Assembly (NCBI RefSeq): GCF_009914755.1
Contig: NC_060927.1
Source: the human T2T-CHM13v2.0 reference genome, Homo sapiens
Length of the DNA: 64,000 nucleotides
Strand: one strand, 5' to 3'
A model generated the notes under the pieces. It did no database searches. It was not told the origin of the DNA and saw nothing but the letters and a program-made list of their open reading frames with translations. Below, one piece after another: positions 13,116 through 25,394 of this stretch. Numbering within the stretch: position 1 is the stretch's first letter; each line of letters opens with the position of its first letter. Made by a program: the position numbers and the translations under genes.

Positions 13116-16100
13116 CAAGGAGTTTGGTTTTAAGGTGTTCAGATACAAATTCCAGCAACATTTCTGGTTTGTCTCCTTAAACTTGTAACTTCTCAACAGA
13201 GACACTTTGTATAATGAAAGAAAAAAATGAATACATTCAGATTTTAATTTTGCTATATATCAAACAAGAAACCAATCTGAAATTAAATAAAAAACTAGCC
13301 CCAAAATAAAAATTAGTACATCTAATAAAGAACTAACCATGCACAGAAACAGCGTATGTTTATTAATGGAGCAGTAAGTGTGTAAGTGTTTACTGAAGAT
13401 AAAGGATGGTGAGTGAGTGAGGGGAGAGGAAAAGGTAGGACAGCAAAAGAGTCTAGAAGGATGACTTCTGGATAAAATGGAAATATAAATATTTTACTCA
13501 CTCGATATTCTGTTTCAGATATATGTCAGTGTTTTTTTATTTTTAATTTTTGATTAGCAAGGTATATTTTGAGTGTTAAGCTATGGCCGATATCCTTATT
13601 AGCCAGAACCAAAGTTGTTATTTTTGCAGACATTTTGTCTGATGTCCCTAATGTTTGATATTATGTCTAGCTATCTGGCAATATCAGTTAAGTATCCTGG
13701 TAGATGATGCCACACGTGGACAATTAGTGCATCTCTAAAATGAAAGGCACAGAAAAAAAATTTTGTGTTCTAAAAGCGGTAAAATTCTCCATTATATCAT
13801 AACATTCATTACGCAACATGATTTTTCTTTTAATTTTTGGAAGGCACATGAAAAGCAATCAAAAGAATAATTTACTAGGATAATGGTAAGGAAAGTGCTT
13901 TGGTGCATAAGCCCTGCTGTATTATTATTAGCACATCAACCAACTACAGAATATTCTGAAACCAAATAAGTGGTTCAAAGAATAGCTGATAATTTAGGGC
14001 ACAGGTAAAGAGGATTTGTTGTTCTTGTTTAGTTTGATTGATTCATGTAATGAAGGTATTGTGCCTTTTAAATGGAGCACCCAAGAGCTATACATGCAAA
14101 TTATTCTACATTGTAGAATATAATGAAAGCATTTACTGTGGATGTGTACCATAGGTTAGGTTACATTTATCATTCACCTGAATGGACATTGTCTAGCAAC
14201 ATTCAGCATTAGAAAGTCAACCACAGAAGAAAAGATAAAGGGACTGTTATTATGTTCATGACATATTTACACTGGTCATGTATCCATTATGTGCATAAAA
14301 TTAAAATAATATTCATAAAAGTGAAAGCAGAATTAAACTTTGAAATGAGAAAAAGAGATTTTTTTAGTAAAAATATCCAGAAATGTATTTAAATATAAAC
14401 TTTATTATATCCATAGATGAAAAAATCCCACAGCTATTAGTAGGAATGTAAATATGAAGACTGATAAATATTTCATCTTTTCAACCTTGCATGATGCCTG
14501 CATGGTTTTAAGGCAGCATCTGTAATGTCACTTTTCTGCTTTATCTGGATGAGAGATCCATCATGCTGGGCATGCAGTGTTACCACTTTTGTCCTCATTT
14601 TATGCAGCTTCCTTCCATTCGGTGAATACAACATTTTTTAATTCAATTTGTTTCTAGATTGAAGTTTAATATTTAATTTATTTATACTTTGATCACTTCA
14701 TCCATTACTTATTGTCTAAAACTGATGTTATTAAACTATTATCTTTTTCTCATTTTCTTTGCAGACTGAAACTTACTCTTCTGCAAAATAATCATATTCA
14801 TTTTCAGAGTAGCCATCTCAGGCATTTTCTGAAGAGTTCTCAGCTACAGTTTGGTGATGACATCTTTGTAGATGACATCCTTGTTGTCATACACGATGTA
14901 CACAAATACAGATACATTTCTGCTTAATGAATAGTAAACCCAGTATAGTACGGATGTCAAAGAACTTCTTGCTCCCAGAAATGCTTTCTCTCCTTATGCA
15001 CTCTAGCTGCAGTAATTGACAAAGGGATTATCTCTTCCGTGGAGATGGCAAGAGCTGTAGCAACTCCCCCATCACCAACACCAACAGGAAGCCGCGCAGA
15101 AAGCCCCATGTAGGACAGGGCATAATTTCGGTCACTACTTTCCCTTTCTGTCAGTGGGCAGATGATCAGTGTCAGCTACTGGCTAGAGTGCTCCCAGCCT
15201 CCAAGTTTAAATTGACTTTTGGGTCGGGAATTGTAGAGCCAGTTGGTGATCTTCAATAAATGGCTGAAGTGAAGTAAAAGCCTGATTGGGCTGGATGTCC
15301 AGAGAACAAGAAGCAAACCTGCTTCCTTAGAAGTTGGGCTCTATATTGGAGCTTAACATTTGTATGGAAGTTAGACGGATAAAAGGTCAAGCGAGGTTTC
15401 CTTTTGTCTTCCCATAAAATGTATTATAGTATGTTTGTATACAGGACTAATGTAACTGAGGGAAAACAGTAATAATTTATTAGAGAAAAGAGATACATTG
15501 GAGAGCAAAGTCTCTGAACGTATCAGAACGATGAGATCAAGGTTGAGATAGCAGGAGTTGGATTTGGGAATGTATGAGCCCAGTTTATCCACAGTAAAGG
15601 GAACTGGCCAAGCAGTTAATAAAGGTCCCAGTGGAATTTTGTTTTCAATATGGAATTTTTTCCTGACTATCCTTTAATGTCTGACACTTCTTGGATTTGT
15701 GTTCCAATTACAAGGATAATGTTTAATTGCTACAAGTTATTTAAGTGTACTTTATTGAAAGGAAAGGCTGCCTACTGGCTGCAGGGATGTGGGTGGAGTA
15801 TCTCGACCAGAGATCTCACTGAATGGGGTGCTGGTTGAATGTAAGCCAGCTGTCTGCCCTTCCACTCTTCCCCTACAGGATGCACACGCACTGGCAAAGT
15901 CTATTGTCATTGGCAATATGCTGGCAATCTTCTTAGCATATTGTTTAATATCATTAGATATGACGGGTCCTGTTTCAGTGTGGAGCCTAATTTACTACTT
16001 TACCAAGATAGAGGAAATAGGAGAAAATTTCTGACATTCTCACCCTCTATCAGTGTATTTCCCTCAGTACATTTTTACCTTAGCACATTGTCTCTCTACT

Positions 16101-17934
16101 GTTGTGTGAAAGACCTCGACTTCTGCATTTCAGAATTGAGACTTACCTAGGAGGCTTTTATCTTGAAAACTTATTTCTCCAGTTGTCAACTTTTAGCTTG
16201 CTAAACATGATTTAAATTGTTTTGAATGTAAAGATTGGTAATAAGTTTGAGGAGAGATTGTTTCCTCTTTTAAAATCTTGCTATAGGCTTTTTGTCCTTT
16301 ATTTTTTAACCCTTTCTGCTGAATGTATTTTTGATTGTGCTTTGTTTCATGACTCGCTTTAAATTTATTGAGTTTGATCACACTCTGCTGTTCTTCTTGC
16401 TTGTTTGTTTGATTTTTTTGCCTATTTTGTTTCTACATCTCAAATATTGGAACATGTTATAAGACGGTCATTTTTTTTTGTCTAGAAAATAAGATATAAA
16501 ATGGACATGCCTTTTACATTTCTATGAATTTTTGAAATTAAAAGAAAGCTATGTTTTGGGTTTTGATTTTTTAAAACACATTTTTAAAAGCTCAGTTTAT
16601 TCTTTGTATATTTTCTCCTTTTTGTGTGTAAAATAGTTTCTAAGAAGTTTTTCTCAAACGAAGCAATTCTTACCTTTTATTCTCAACAAATGCTAAAAAT
16701 GGTAAGTGTCCCTAGAGTCAGTAGAAGCTTCGCTTGTGTAAACTGCCCAATCAGGTCCCATGGGTAGAATTTGACAGCTGTATAATGCCACACTGCAAAT
16801 TTCTCCACAGCTGAGCACAGGAAGAAATTCCATTTGAAGATTTGAAAGTTCAGGAGAAACTTCACTGAGGAGAAGAAAATGTCACACATTAGAATATATG
16901 CAGGCTTTTGAAACTGTTTTTATATTTTCTATGAAATATATCAAGGATCATGGATAGTTAAGGCCTTAATTTTACATTACAAAACATGCACTGTTACTAT
17001 AATATTCTGATTTAGTAACTGAAATAAGTCATGGTCTAAATAACAAATTTTTGATAGTCAGAAATTGATAACCTAAGTTAATACCTTTCATTTTGTATAT
17101 TAATATAGAATTTTATATCTTAGAATGAACACTAAGATAATGTGCACATTTTGATTTTAGAACAAAAGCTTCTGTGAATGTGCCTTTCTGGAATAAACTC
17201 TCAGCATGGAACACTCAATACTTTATTTGGCAGTACTGAAAACAATTATATTGTGCTTTCATTTTTTAAATGTGAGCCAGGCAGTACTCTAGACACTAGC
17301 GGTCAACAATAATAGGTAAGGCTTCTGCTGTAGGATTTTGGTTTACTTTAGTCTATTTTAAGGGAAGCCAGAAATGAGACAATGTTTTGAAATAATAGTC
17401 TATGTGAAATACATAGGAAAAATGGAACGTTCTTAAATATCAGATAAACCTAGATTTAAATTGTAGCTCTACCAGTTCCAAATATAATAATTATACCTAT
17501 TAAATAATGTTATCATTAAAATAAAACAAGATACTTCTTTTTGTGCTAAACAAATAGTAAGCATTCAATATACTGTATCTGTTATTTTAGTATAAGCATT
17601 ATAGCTGTAATTTTCCAGAGTTACGAACAACGCGCTATGAGAGTACAGAAAAAGTATCCTTGTAGTTATCTTGGAAAGTTTCAAGATTAAGTATATTTTG
17701 AGATTTAAAAAAAATAATAAAAATTTTCAAGCTTTCGAGTGTATAGTTTTTCTAAAAATTGTGATAGTCTAAGAAAGATCATAGTGGTATTAAAGAGCTG
17801 GACATATTATTTAAGGAATTATGTATTCTCTTTATGACTGTAATTAGCATGTGTTCAATGTGTCAAAGGTGCCCAGCAATAAGGTAGGAAAGTTAGTCAG
17901 AATTTACATCTAAATTATGTTAAATTTAAGTGAC

Positions 17935-18090
17935 ATCATTACTATTATAGCAAACCTCAGATTTTTTCACCAGTGTAAAAGTGGTCTTGAACGCCTACTT
18001 AGCCACACTGATTTTGAAAGACTGTTGTAAATACTTGAAAAATTCCACAGCATTGCTATATTTCTTGGTTAAAAATAGTCTCAATATTAA
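17935..18090 (+). mobile_element. MIR SINE fragment
   Basis: acctcagatttttt caccagtgtaaaagtgg...cctacttagccacactgattttgaaaga resembles the MIR core. Confidence 0.5.
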
Positions 18091-19064
18091 AATAGTTTGG
18101 TATTGAAAAAACAAAAATGAAAGAGGAAGAATTACAGATCATGTAGGGAAACAATAAAAGTTTGATATTTATATTAAAAATAGATTAAAGGCTTCTCAAT
18201 ATCTACGTCAGGTTGAAATAAAATATGAAAAAAAAAAGAAGATTTCAGCAAATGATAAATCCAAAGATTTAAAGAAAAATGACTCTGTAATCACTTTCCT
18301 GTGAAATTATAAAATTTGAATTTTAATCATTATTGATATCATAGAAAAGCCATATGCATGAATCATGTGTTTAAGGTGATATAGACAGGATTCAAAGCCT
18401 TAGTCATCAAGAGATCAACTAATAATAATACATACATGAAACTAACATCTACTAATAAGTTATGTTAGAAATCTATTTGACAAGAACAAAGAGAATAATA
18501 CTAATCTAAGTTGGCAAAGTTTGAAAAGAAAGTAAATATTTGGGTTGCCTTCTGTTGGCATTATATGTTTGACATATCAATGGTTTCTTTAGAGAATACT
18601 CAGCTTTAAGGGACATTGGGGCAGTTTTGACTCCCAAATTTTAGCAAACCTGGGACAACTGTTGATGATATGTTGTTTCTCAAATGTAAGAGAAGATTTT
18701 TTAGGCTTTAATTCCTGACTCACCTTGTTGAGTAAATTTTGCAGAGCAGTTCATGGACACCGAGATTGAGTACTGTAATAATGGAATTAAAATAATTCTA
18801 TTAGTCATTTCAGCTAAAGACATGGTTATCCAGATACTTTGGAGCAAGTGTCATTTTGACTGTGTCTTGTGCCCTAAAGCTGACCTGTAAAATTAAGTTA
18901 CAATGTTCGAGCCCTAAGAGATTTTTTCCTTCCCCTGAGGACAGTCTTCTTGTCACCATCTTGCTAAGAGAGAACAAGTTTCTTGTACACCCAAGAGAGA
19001 AGGCTGATGAGTTTTTGCAGGAGGAGGAAGTAAGTCCACATTAGTCTCTTCTTTCTGTTGCCTG

Positions 19065-19565
19065 AAAAAGAGTAGGGGTATAAGAGAGAGAGAGTGAGAA
19101 GAGAAGGTGTGAAAGTGTGGAATTGAGGATGTGAAAGAGAGAAGATGTAAGAGTGGAAGCAAGAGAGTTTAAGAAAGGATTTAGGAACAAAGAAGTGTGA
19201 AGGTGAAAGTGTCAGAATAGCTGAAAGAAAGAAAAATACTAAATGAGTAAAACAGAGAGAAATAGGTTAAGAGCATGCTAGAGTTGAGTAGGAGAAAATG
19301 AGTGAAAGAAGACAAAGAAGGAGGTCTGAGCAAGAACAGAAAGTGTACAAGAGCAAAGAGAATACTTAAAGATGTGAAGTGAGTCAGCTTGCCAGTGAAA
19401 GGCAGTGTGTATGAGAAAGGAATTGAAAAGGCTGAGTGTAAGAGCAAGTGAGAAAGAGGGAGAAAGAGAGTTGGAGAAAAACAAAATGGGATATGTATGT
19501 TAGAGATAAAAAGTGAGTGTGAGAGAAAATGAGAATGTGTTGGAGAATGTGAGAGACCAGGAGAA
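19065..19565. repeat. ~500 bp GA-rich (purine-skewed) low-complexity tract
   Basis: Plus strand is mostly G/A with some T and very few C. Confidence 0.85.
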
Positions 19566-19825
19566 ATTTATATTTGCTTATGGAGAACAAATACTTTGAG
19601 TCTACTTGGAATTTTCTTGCACTGATGGAAATGTGCTGAATGATGACCACCTCCAGTAGCTAACACAGCCCTGTCAATCTGTGTGAGGGGAAGAGTTACA
19701 AGGTTAAAGTCAGGGTTAGTACAAAATATTACTCTCTGGATAGAGGAGGAAGTCTAATAGCTTTCCTCTTTCTAATAAGCCTAAATATACTCACTTCTGT
19801 CATTCTTTTTTCCTGGATAACTCAT

Positions 19826-20220
19826 TGTGAAAGTTGCACATACCAAGATGAAGTCACTAGTCAGATCCAGACAAATTGGGACTGAGAAAGTATGAAGAAA
19901 ATAAACTCATGTTTACATGTTTATGTGCCTGAGATTTAGCAAAATAAAAGGTCAAAGACATTTACAAATTACCCATCTCCACCAATAAATTTATTATAAC
20001 TCTGGCTTTGAGCCTCTAGAACCAATGAACTCTGTCTAAGCAGCTTACTTTAATTTCTTCCTTTTGATAACTAAAGCTTCTGTTTACCCTTCTCTCAGCA
20101 GAAGCACCTGTGGCTTGCCATGGCCATTCATGCCAGATTGTAATCCTACATTTTTATTCGCTAATAAATTTAACGTATTTGGAAATATTTTTTTCTCTGA
20201 TGTGTTTTTTAGGGCAGATG
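19826..20220 (+). mobile_element. 5' LTR of the provirus (MER34-like), internally deleted
   Basis: Aligns to 26933-27471 (16 mismatches in first 74 nt by hand count) but is ~145 bp shorter; followed by a degenerate PBS-like cagtgttagaagcag. Confidence 0.85.
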
Positions 20221-20266
20221 TAATCCAGTGTTAGAAGCAGTTCTGCAGTAAGAATACCTCTGCTTA

Positions 20267-20574
20267 TGTTGTAGGAAAAATTGAGTTCTTGTCACAGGAC
20301 CAGAAAAGGTTAGGCACTCTGACACTTGAAGGGAGAGGGATTACAGAATTTATTGGGCAAAAAGGAAAAAGACTCTCAGCAAAGTGAGAGGGGTTCCTGT
20401 TAATAGGCCCCCATCTCACAGATTGAATCTCAACCACCCGGGAACAGGAGAGGATAAGCTCTTTCCCCCTGCAAAGGGCACAGATTTCCCATGGCCCCAC
20501 CCATCCTCCCAGTGTGCAGGCCAGTTGGAAATTCTCTGGGAACATTCCACCTTATCTGCCTCCTGCATCTATCA
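20267..20574 (-). mobile_element. MER61-like (ERV1) solo LTR nested in the provirus
   Basis: TG...CA ends; reverse complement begins tgatagatgcaggaggcagataagg; perfect 4-bp TSD ctta at 20263-20266 and 20575-20578. Confidence 0.85.
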
Positions 20575-20580
20575 CTTACA

Positions 20581-20923
20581 GATACTTGAGCAACACTATC
20601 AGTTTTTAATGCCACCATTCTCAATTAGCTCCTGCTGTGGAGTAATAAAAAGATAAAAATGGTGGAAGTTCCCTTGGATTCCTTTCTAACACCACATACA
20701 AAAATTAACTCAAGATGAATTAAAGACTTAACTATAAACCCGAAACTATAAAAACTCTAGAACAAAACCTAGGCAATGCCATAGGCACAGGCAAAGATTT
20801 CATGATGAAGACAACAAAAGCAATTGCAACAATAGCAAAAATTGACAATTTGGATCTAATTAAACTAAAAAGCTTCTGCACACCAAAAAAAAACTCTAAT
20901 GAAACTAAACAGCTTCTGCAAAC

Positions 20924-20964
<41 letters not shown>

Positions 20965-23900
20965 ATCAAAAGAGTAAACACACAAAGTACAGAATGGGAT
21001 AAAATTTTGCAATATTAGACAAAGGTCTAATATCCAGCATCTATAAGAACTTAAACAAATTTACAAGAAAAAAACAACCCCATTAAAAAGTAGGCAAAAG
21101 ACATGAACCAACACTTCTCAAAAGAAGAATATATGCTACTAACAAACATATGAAAAAGGCTCAACATCACTGATCATTAGAGAAATACAAATCAAAACCA
21201 CAATGAGATACCATCTCACACCATTCAGAAGAGTTATTAAAAAATGAAAAACAACAGATGCTGGTAAGGTGGTGGAGAAAAGAGAACACTTTACATTGTT
21301 GGTGGGAGTGTAAATTAATTCAACTATTGTGGAAGACAGCGTGGCAATTCCTCAAAGACCTAGAGGCAGAAATACCATTTGACCCAGCAATCCCGTTACT
21401 GGGTATATACCCAAAGGAATATATAAAGACACATGCACACATATGTTTACTGCAACACTGTTCACAAGAGCAAAGACATGGAATCAACCCAAATGCCCAT
21501 CAGTGATAGAATGGATAAAGAAATATGGTACATATACAACATGGAACACTATGCAGGCATAAAACTAAATGAGATCATGTTTTTTTGCCAGGGACATTGA
21601 TGGAGCTGGAGACCATTATCCTTAGCAAAAAACCCAGGATCAGAAAACCAAATTCCATGTATTGTCACTTATAAGTGTGAGCTGAATGGTGAGAATATGT
21701 GGACATTTCATGGGGAATAACACACACTGGGGCCTGTCAAGTACTGAGGGGTGAGAGGAGGGATAACATCAGGAAGAATAGCTGTTGAATGTTGGATTTA
21801 ATACCTGGGTGATGGGATTATCTGTGCAGCAAACCTCCATGCCATACATTTACCTATTTAACAAACCTACACATCCTGCACATTTACCCCTTTTATTTCA
21901 GTTAAAAGTTGGAAAAAAAAATGGTGGGAATTTCCAATGAGTCTTTAACTGTTTTTGTTTTATAGTCTATTCCTTTCTACCTTGGCCCTCTTCAAGACAC
22001 CCCCTCTGTTTTGTTTGTCAATTATCACCTCATCCACTTCTTGGGATGTAATTTTCTGAAAAAAAAATATGATGGTAGGTTTTCTTTTTCCTGACAGGGA
22101 AAAATAATTTCAGGATTTGAGCAACCAAACTGTTCACTCAATTTTGGAGTCACCTGACTCCCCAGATTTCCACATTTGATATGCCATTTCCTTTTCAGAA
22201 AACAGAAATGATGCCACACTTACACTACTGAATCAAATACTTGCCTATGAGCAAAATTATCAATAAATAGTGGCAATATTTATAGTGCATCTCCTACTGA
22301 AATCCTGATTGCTCCATCAAAACTCCTGCCTAACATTAAACAACATTCACTTAACCAGATGGCATTTCAAGGTACTAAACTTATTATAGACAAACATAAA
22401 AATCAAGGCCTTATTATTCTATGTACTAGTCCTTGTAATACCCTGATTTTACCTATTTTAATAAAGCAAGCAACCATGGGTGGAGGTTTGTTCAAGACTT
22501 ACAAGCAATAAACTATATTGTTATTATAACACATCTAGTGTCTCCGAATACCCATACATTATTAAACTCAATGCCCATTGAGAGCAGGCATTTCATAATC
22601 ATTGATCTGCACATTCTTCGTTATTTCAGTAGATCAACCCATCCAAAAACTTTTTGCTTTTACCTGGGAAAGCCAGAAATACACTTCAATAGTAATGTCC
22701 TAGGGATTTATTTAAAGTCCTTCCTATTTATGTCAAATAGTAAGGGCAGACTTGGAGGATGTGTTTTGTTTCCCTGAGGCTCCACTTTACTACAATATGT
22801 AGATAACCTCCATCTTTGCTCTCCTTTACAGGTATCCTGTGAAAAAGACAGTGTGTATATCTATTAAAACAACTGGCTGTTAAAGGTCATTAAGTCACTA
22901 AAAATCATCATCATCATAATAATTGTACCCAGTAAAACCTCAGGTAAAATATTTAGGCCATTTGGTTTCAGAAAATTGATGTCATTTAGATCTAGAAAAG
23001 ATTCAAAGAGTTTTTCACTTTGTCAAAATAAAAAAGCCAACTTGTTGGTTTCTTAAACTTGCCGGTTATTGTCATAACTGAATGTGTAACTTTTCTCTTC
23101 TGGTCGAATCACTGTTTGCTTTACTTAAAGTTACCAAATGTGACCTTTTTATTTGGACAGAATCCGAAGAGCAAAAATTTCTCCTTTAACTAGTTAAAGG
23201 AGAAATTGGTAAATATTCCAGTTCTAGTTAATCCTGATTATAAAATCCCTTTTCCCTGTTTGTATATGAAAATAAAGAAAATACTTTTGGGGTTTTAAAC
23301 CAAAAGCATGAAGGCCAATTCTGTTCTCTAAGATGCTATAGTTGACAATTGGGTTCCACTGCATGAAGATTTTTGCTCCACCTAAGAGCAGTTCCTGCTA
23401 CAGCCATATTAGTCAAAGCAACTGAAGAGATTGTTATGGGATACCCCCAACTGTATTTGTTTCTCATGCTGGGGAAGCTTACTCAACCTCTTTCTCACAT
23501 CACACTTAACAGTTTTCTGCCAGGCAACTTACTTCCAATGAGCTTTTCCTAAGAGCTACATCTTTTTATTTCTCTAATGCTGCAATAGCCTTAACTCTAC
23601 AACTCTCCTGCCCTTTCTTTCAGATGAGACACCACATGCCTGCTTAACTCTGATCTTTTAACTCAATGGGAGAATCTACAGGGAAATTCCCTGGACAACG
23701 CTGCATTGTCTTTGTTTACACATGGCTCATATTTAAAGAATGATTCTGGTAAGTATTGTCAGGCTATGCAATGACTACTTCCTTTGAGATTGTGGAAGCA
23801 GCTCTTTTGTCTTTAGCCACTTCAGCCCAGCAGGCAGAGCTATTTGTCCTTGCTTGAGTTTATCTCCTTGCATAAGGAAAAACTGTGAATGTTTTTACAG

Positions 23901-25380
23901 GGAGTAGATAAACTTCTGGAATTGTTCATGATTTTGGAATTCTGTAGATTCAAGTAAATTTCCTCACTTCCAATGGGGACAAAATGAAGAATGACCCTTA
24001 TATAAAATAATTATTAGATTCTATGAAGTTACTTGCTGCTCTAGCCATTATCAAAGTTCCAGGCCACTTGAAACTAGATACTCTGGAAACTAGAGAAATT
24101 AACTTGCTGATAATGCAGCAACAGATGCTGCCCTTATAGGTCCTAGCAATCAAATCTCTGCCATGTTTCTCCTAGAGAGACTCCCAATGACAATACTAAA
24201 ACAATTACTAAAGGTGCACAGAATTGAGCATCAGAAGCTGAAAAACAAATTTAGATAAAGAGTGGCAGTTGATTGAGTGATAAAGAGGAATTCTGGTTTT
24301 GGAATGATTAAAAAAAAAAAAACCTGTTTTGTTAGACTCCATGAAATGTTCCTCATTAACTAACATAGATAATATAACTTATTGGGCTACAGAAAAGATT
24401 ATCAATTTTATGCAGTAATACTGGTGAGGCAACATCAATAAAGTGGCCAAAAATGCTTATTTAGCCTGCCCCACCTGTCCTATATTTAATCCTAGAAGGC
24501 CAGTGACACAACCCATGAGCATTTTAATCTACAAGATGAGCCATTTGAGGTTGGCAAATGGATTTTTATATAGCTTACTTCCTCGCATGGATACAAATAT
24601 GTTTTTTCTTCATCTGTGTGTTCTCCCATTGAGTTGAAGCATTCTTCTACAGATGAGCCAATATCTCAGCAGTGACTAAAGTCCTTTTATAAAAGAGAAT
24701 CCCTACCTGAGGAATACCCCTGGAGCTCCACAGTGACTCATTTTACTGAATAAGTTATAAAACAAGTGTGTGCTATCTGGCTAATCTTACAGCAATTCCC
24801 GTGAGCTTATTGTCTCCAATCCTTTGGACTAGGTACATGAACTAATAGTACTCTAAAGACATAATTGAAAACATTTATGGAAACCTCACACTTGACATAA
24901 ACAAAAGTCCTTAGTGCTTCTGAATTTAAGAGAGATTTCTTTGCATTACATAATCTCTCACCATTCCAGATAATTACTGGACAACCTATACATTTAGCCT
25001 AAACTTATTTTGACACAAAATTAATAAAAGGTGAAATTATTTAATATTGTGAAAGTATAATCAAGGCAATGGATGAAAAATATACTCTGGCAGAAAAATC
25101 CTTCCACAGTGCAACCCCTGGAGACCTGAAATGCCATAACATACAATCAGGAAATTTTGTCTGATGGAAACATTTACAAAAGGACTTACTCCAACCTCAA
25201 TGGAAAGGCTCCTACAAGGACCTGTTGACTAGCCCCTGTGCTACTAAACTTAAAGTAATTGATTCCTGGATACATGTATCTCATCTACAGAAAACATCAG
25301 CTTCTTTGTGGACCTGCATTCCTGTCAACAAATTGAAATTAAAAATGCCTGGGATTTGAAGAAGATAGCATCTGAATAGA
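20581..25380 (+). pseudogene. Degraded retroviral pro-pol (protease, RT, RNase H, integrase), interrupted by an L1
   Basis: Protease DT*ATLSVFN (20581-20610) and flap MVGISN; RT CTSPCNT..LP, WRFVQDLQAIN, FAFTW, LLQYVDN (YVDN 22796-22807); RNaseH FTHGS, SAQQAEL, IIKVPGH; IN CPTC, QMDFI, GIPLELHSD, WKGSY, DSWIHVSHL; many stops and frameshifts. Confidence 0.92.
20674..21921 (+). mobile_element. 5'-truncated L1 (L1PA13-like ORF2 end + 3'UTR) inserted in the proviral protease
   Basis: L1 ORF2 C-terminal peptides (ORFs 20802 and 21258), 3'UTR and poly(A); imperfect TSD aaaaatggtggaagttcc / aaaaatggtgggaatttcc. Confidence 0.93.
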
Positions 25381-25394
25381 CGACTTTTCCCAAG

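Noticed and set aside
14950-15830. Endogenous bornavirus N-like or hAT dimerisation-domain match (LAPRN, RDLTE, YPQ*RELAKQLIKVP)
   Set aside because: The bornavirus-like words are short, in different frames and in the wrong order; the hAT-like stretch lacks the conserved S..ER core. Not supportable without a profile search.
20267-20574. p53 response element in the MER61-like LTR
   Set aside because: Some MER61 subfamilies carry one, but I found no paired RRRCWWGYYY in this copy by eye.
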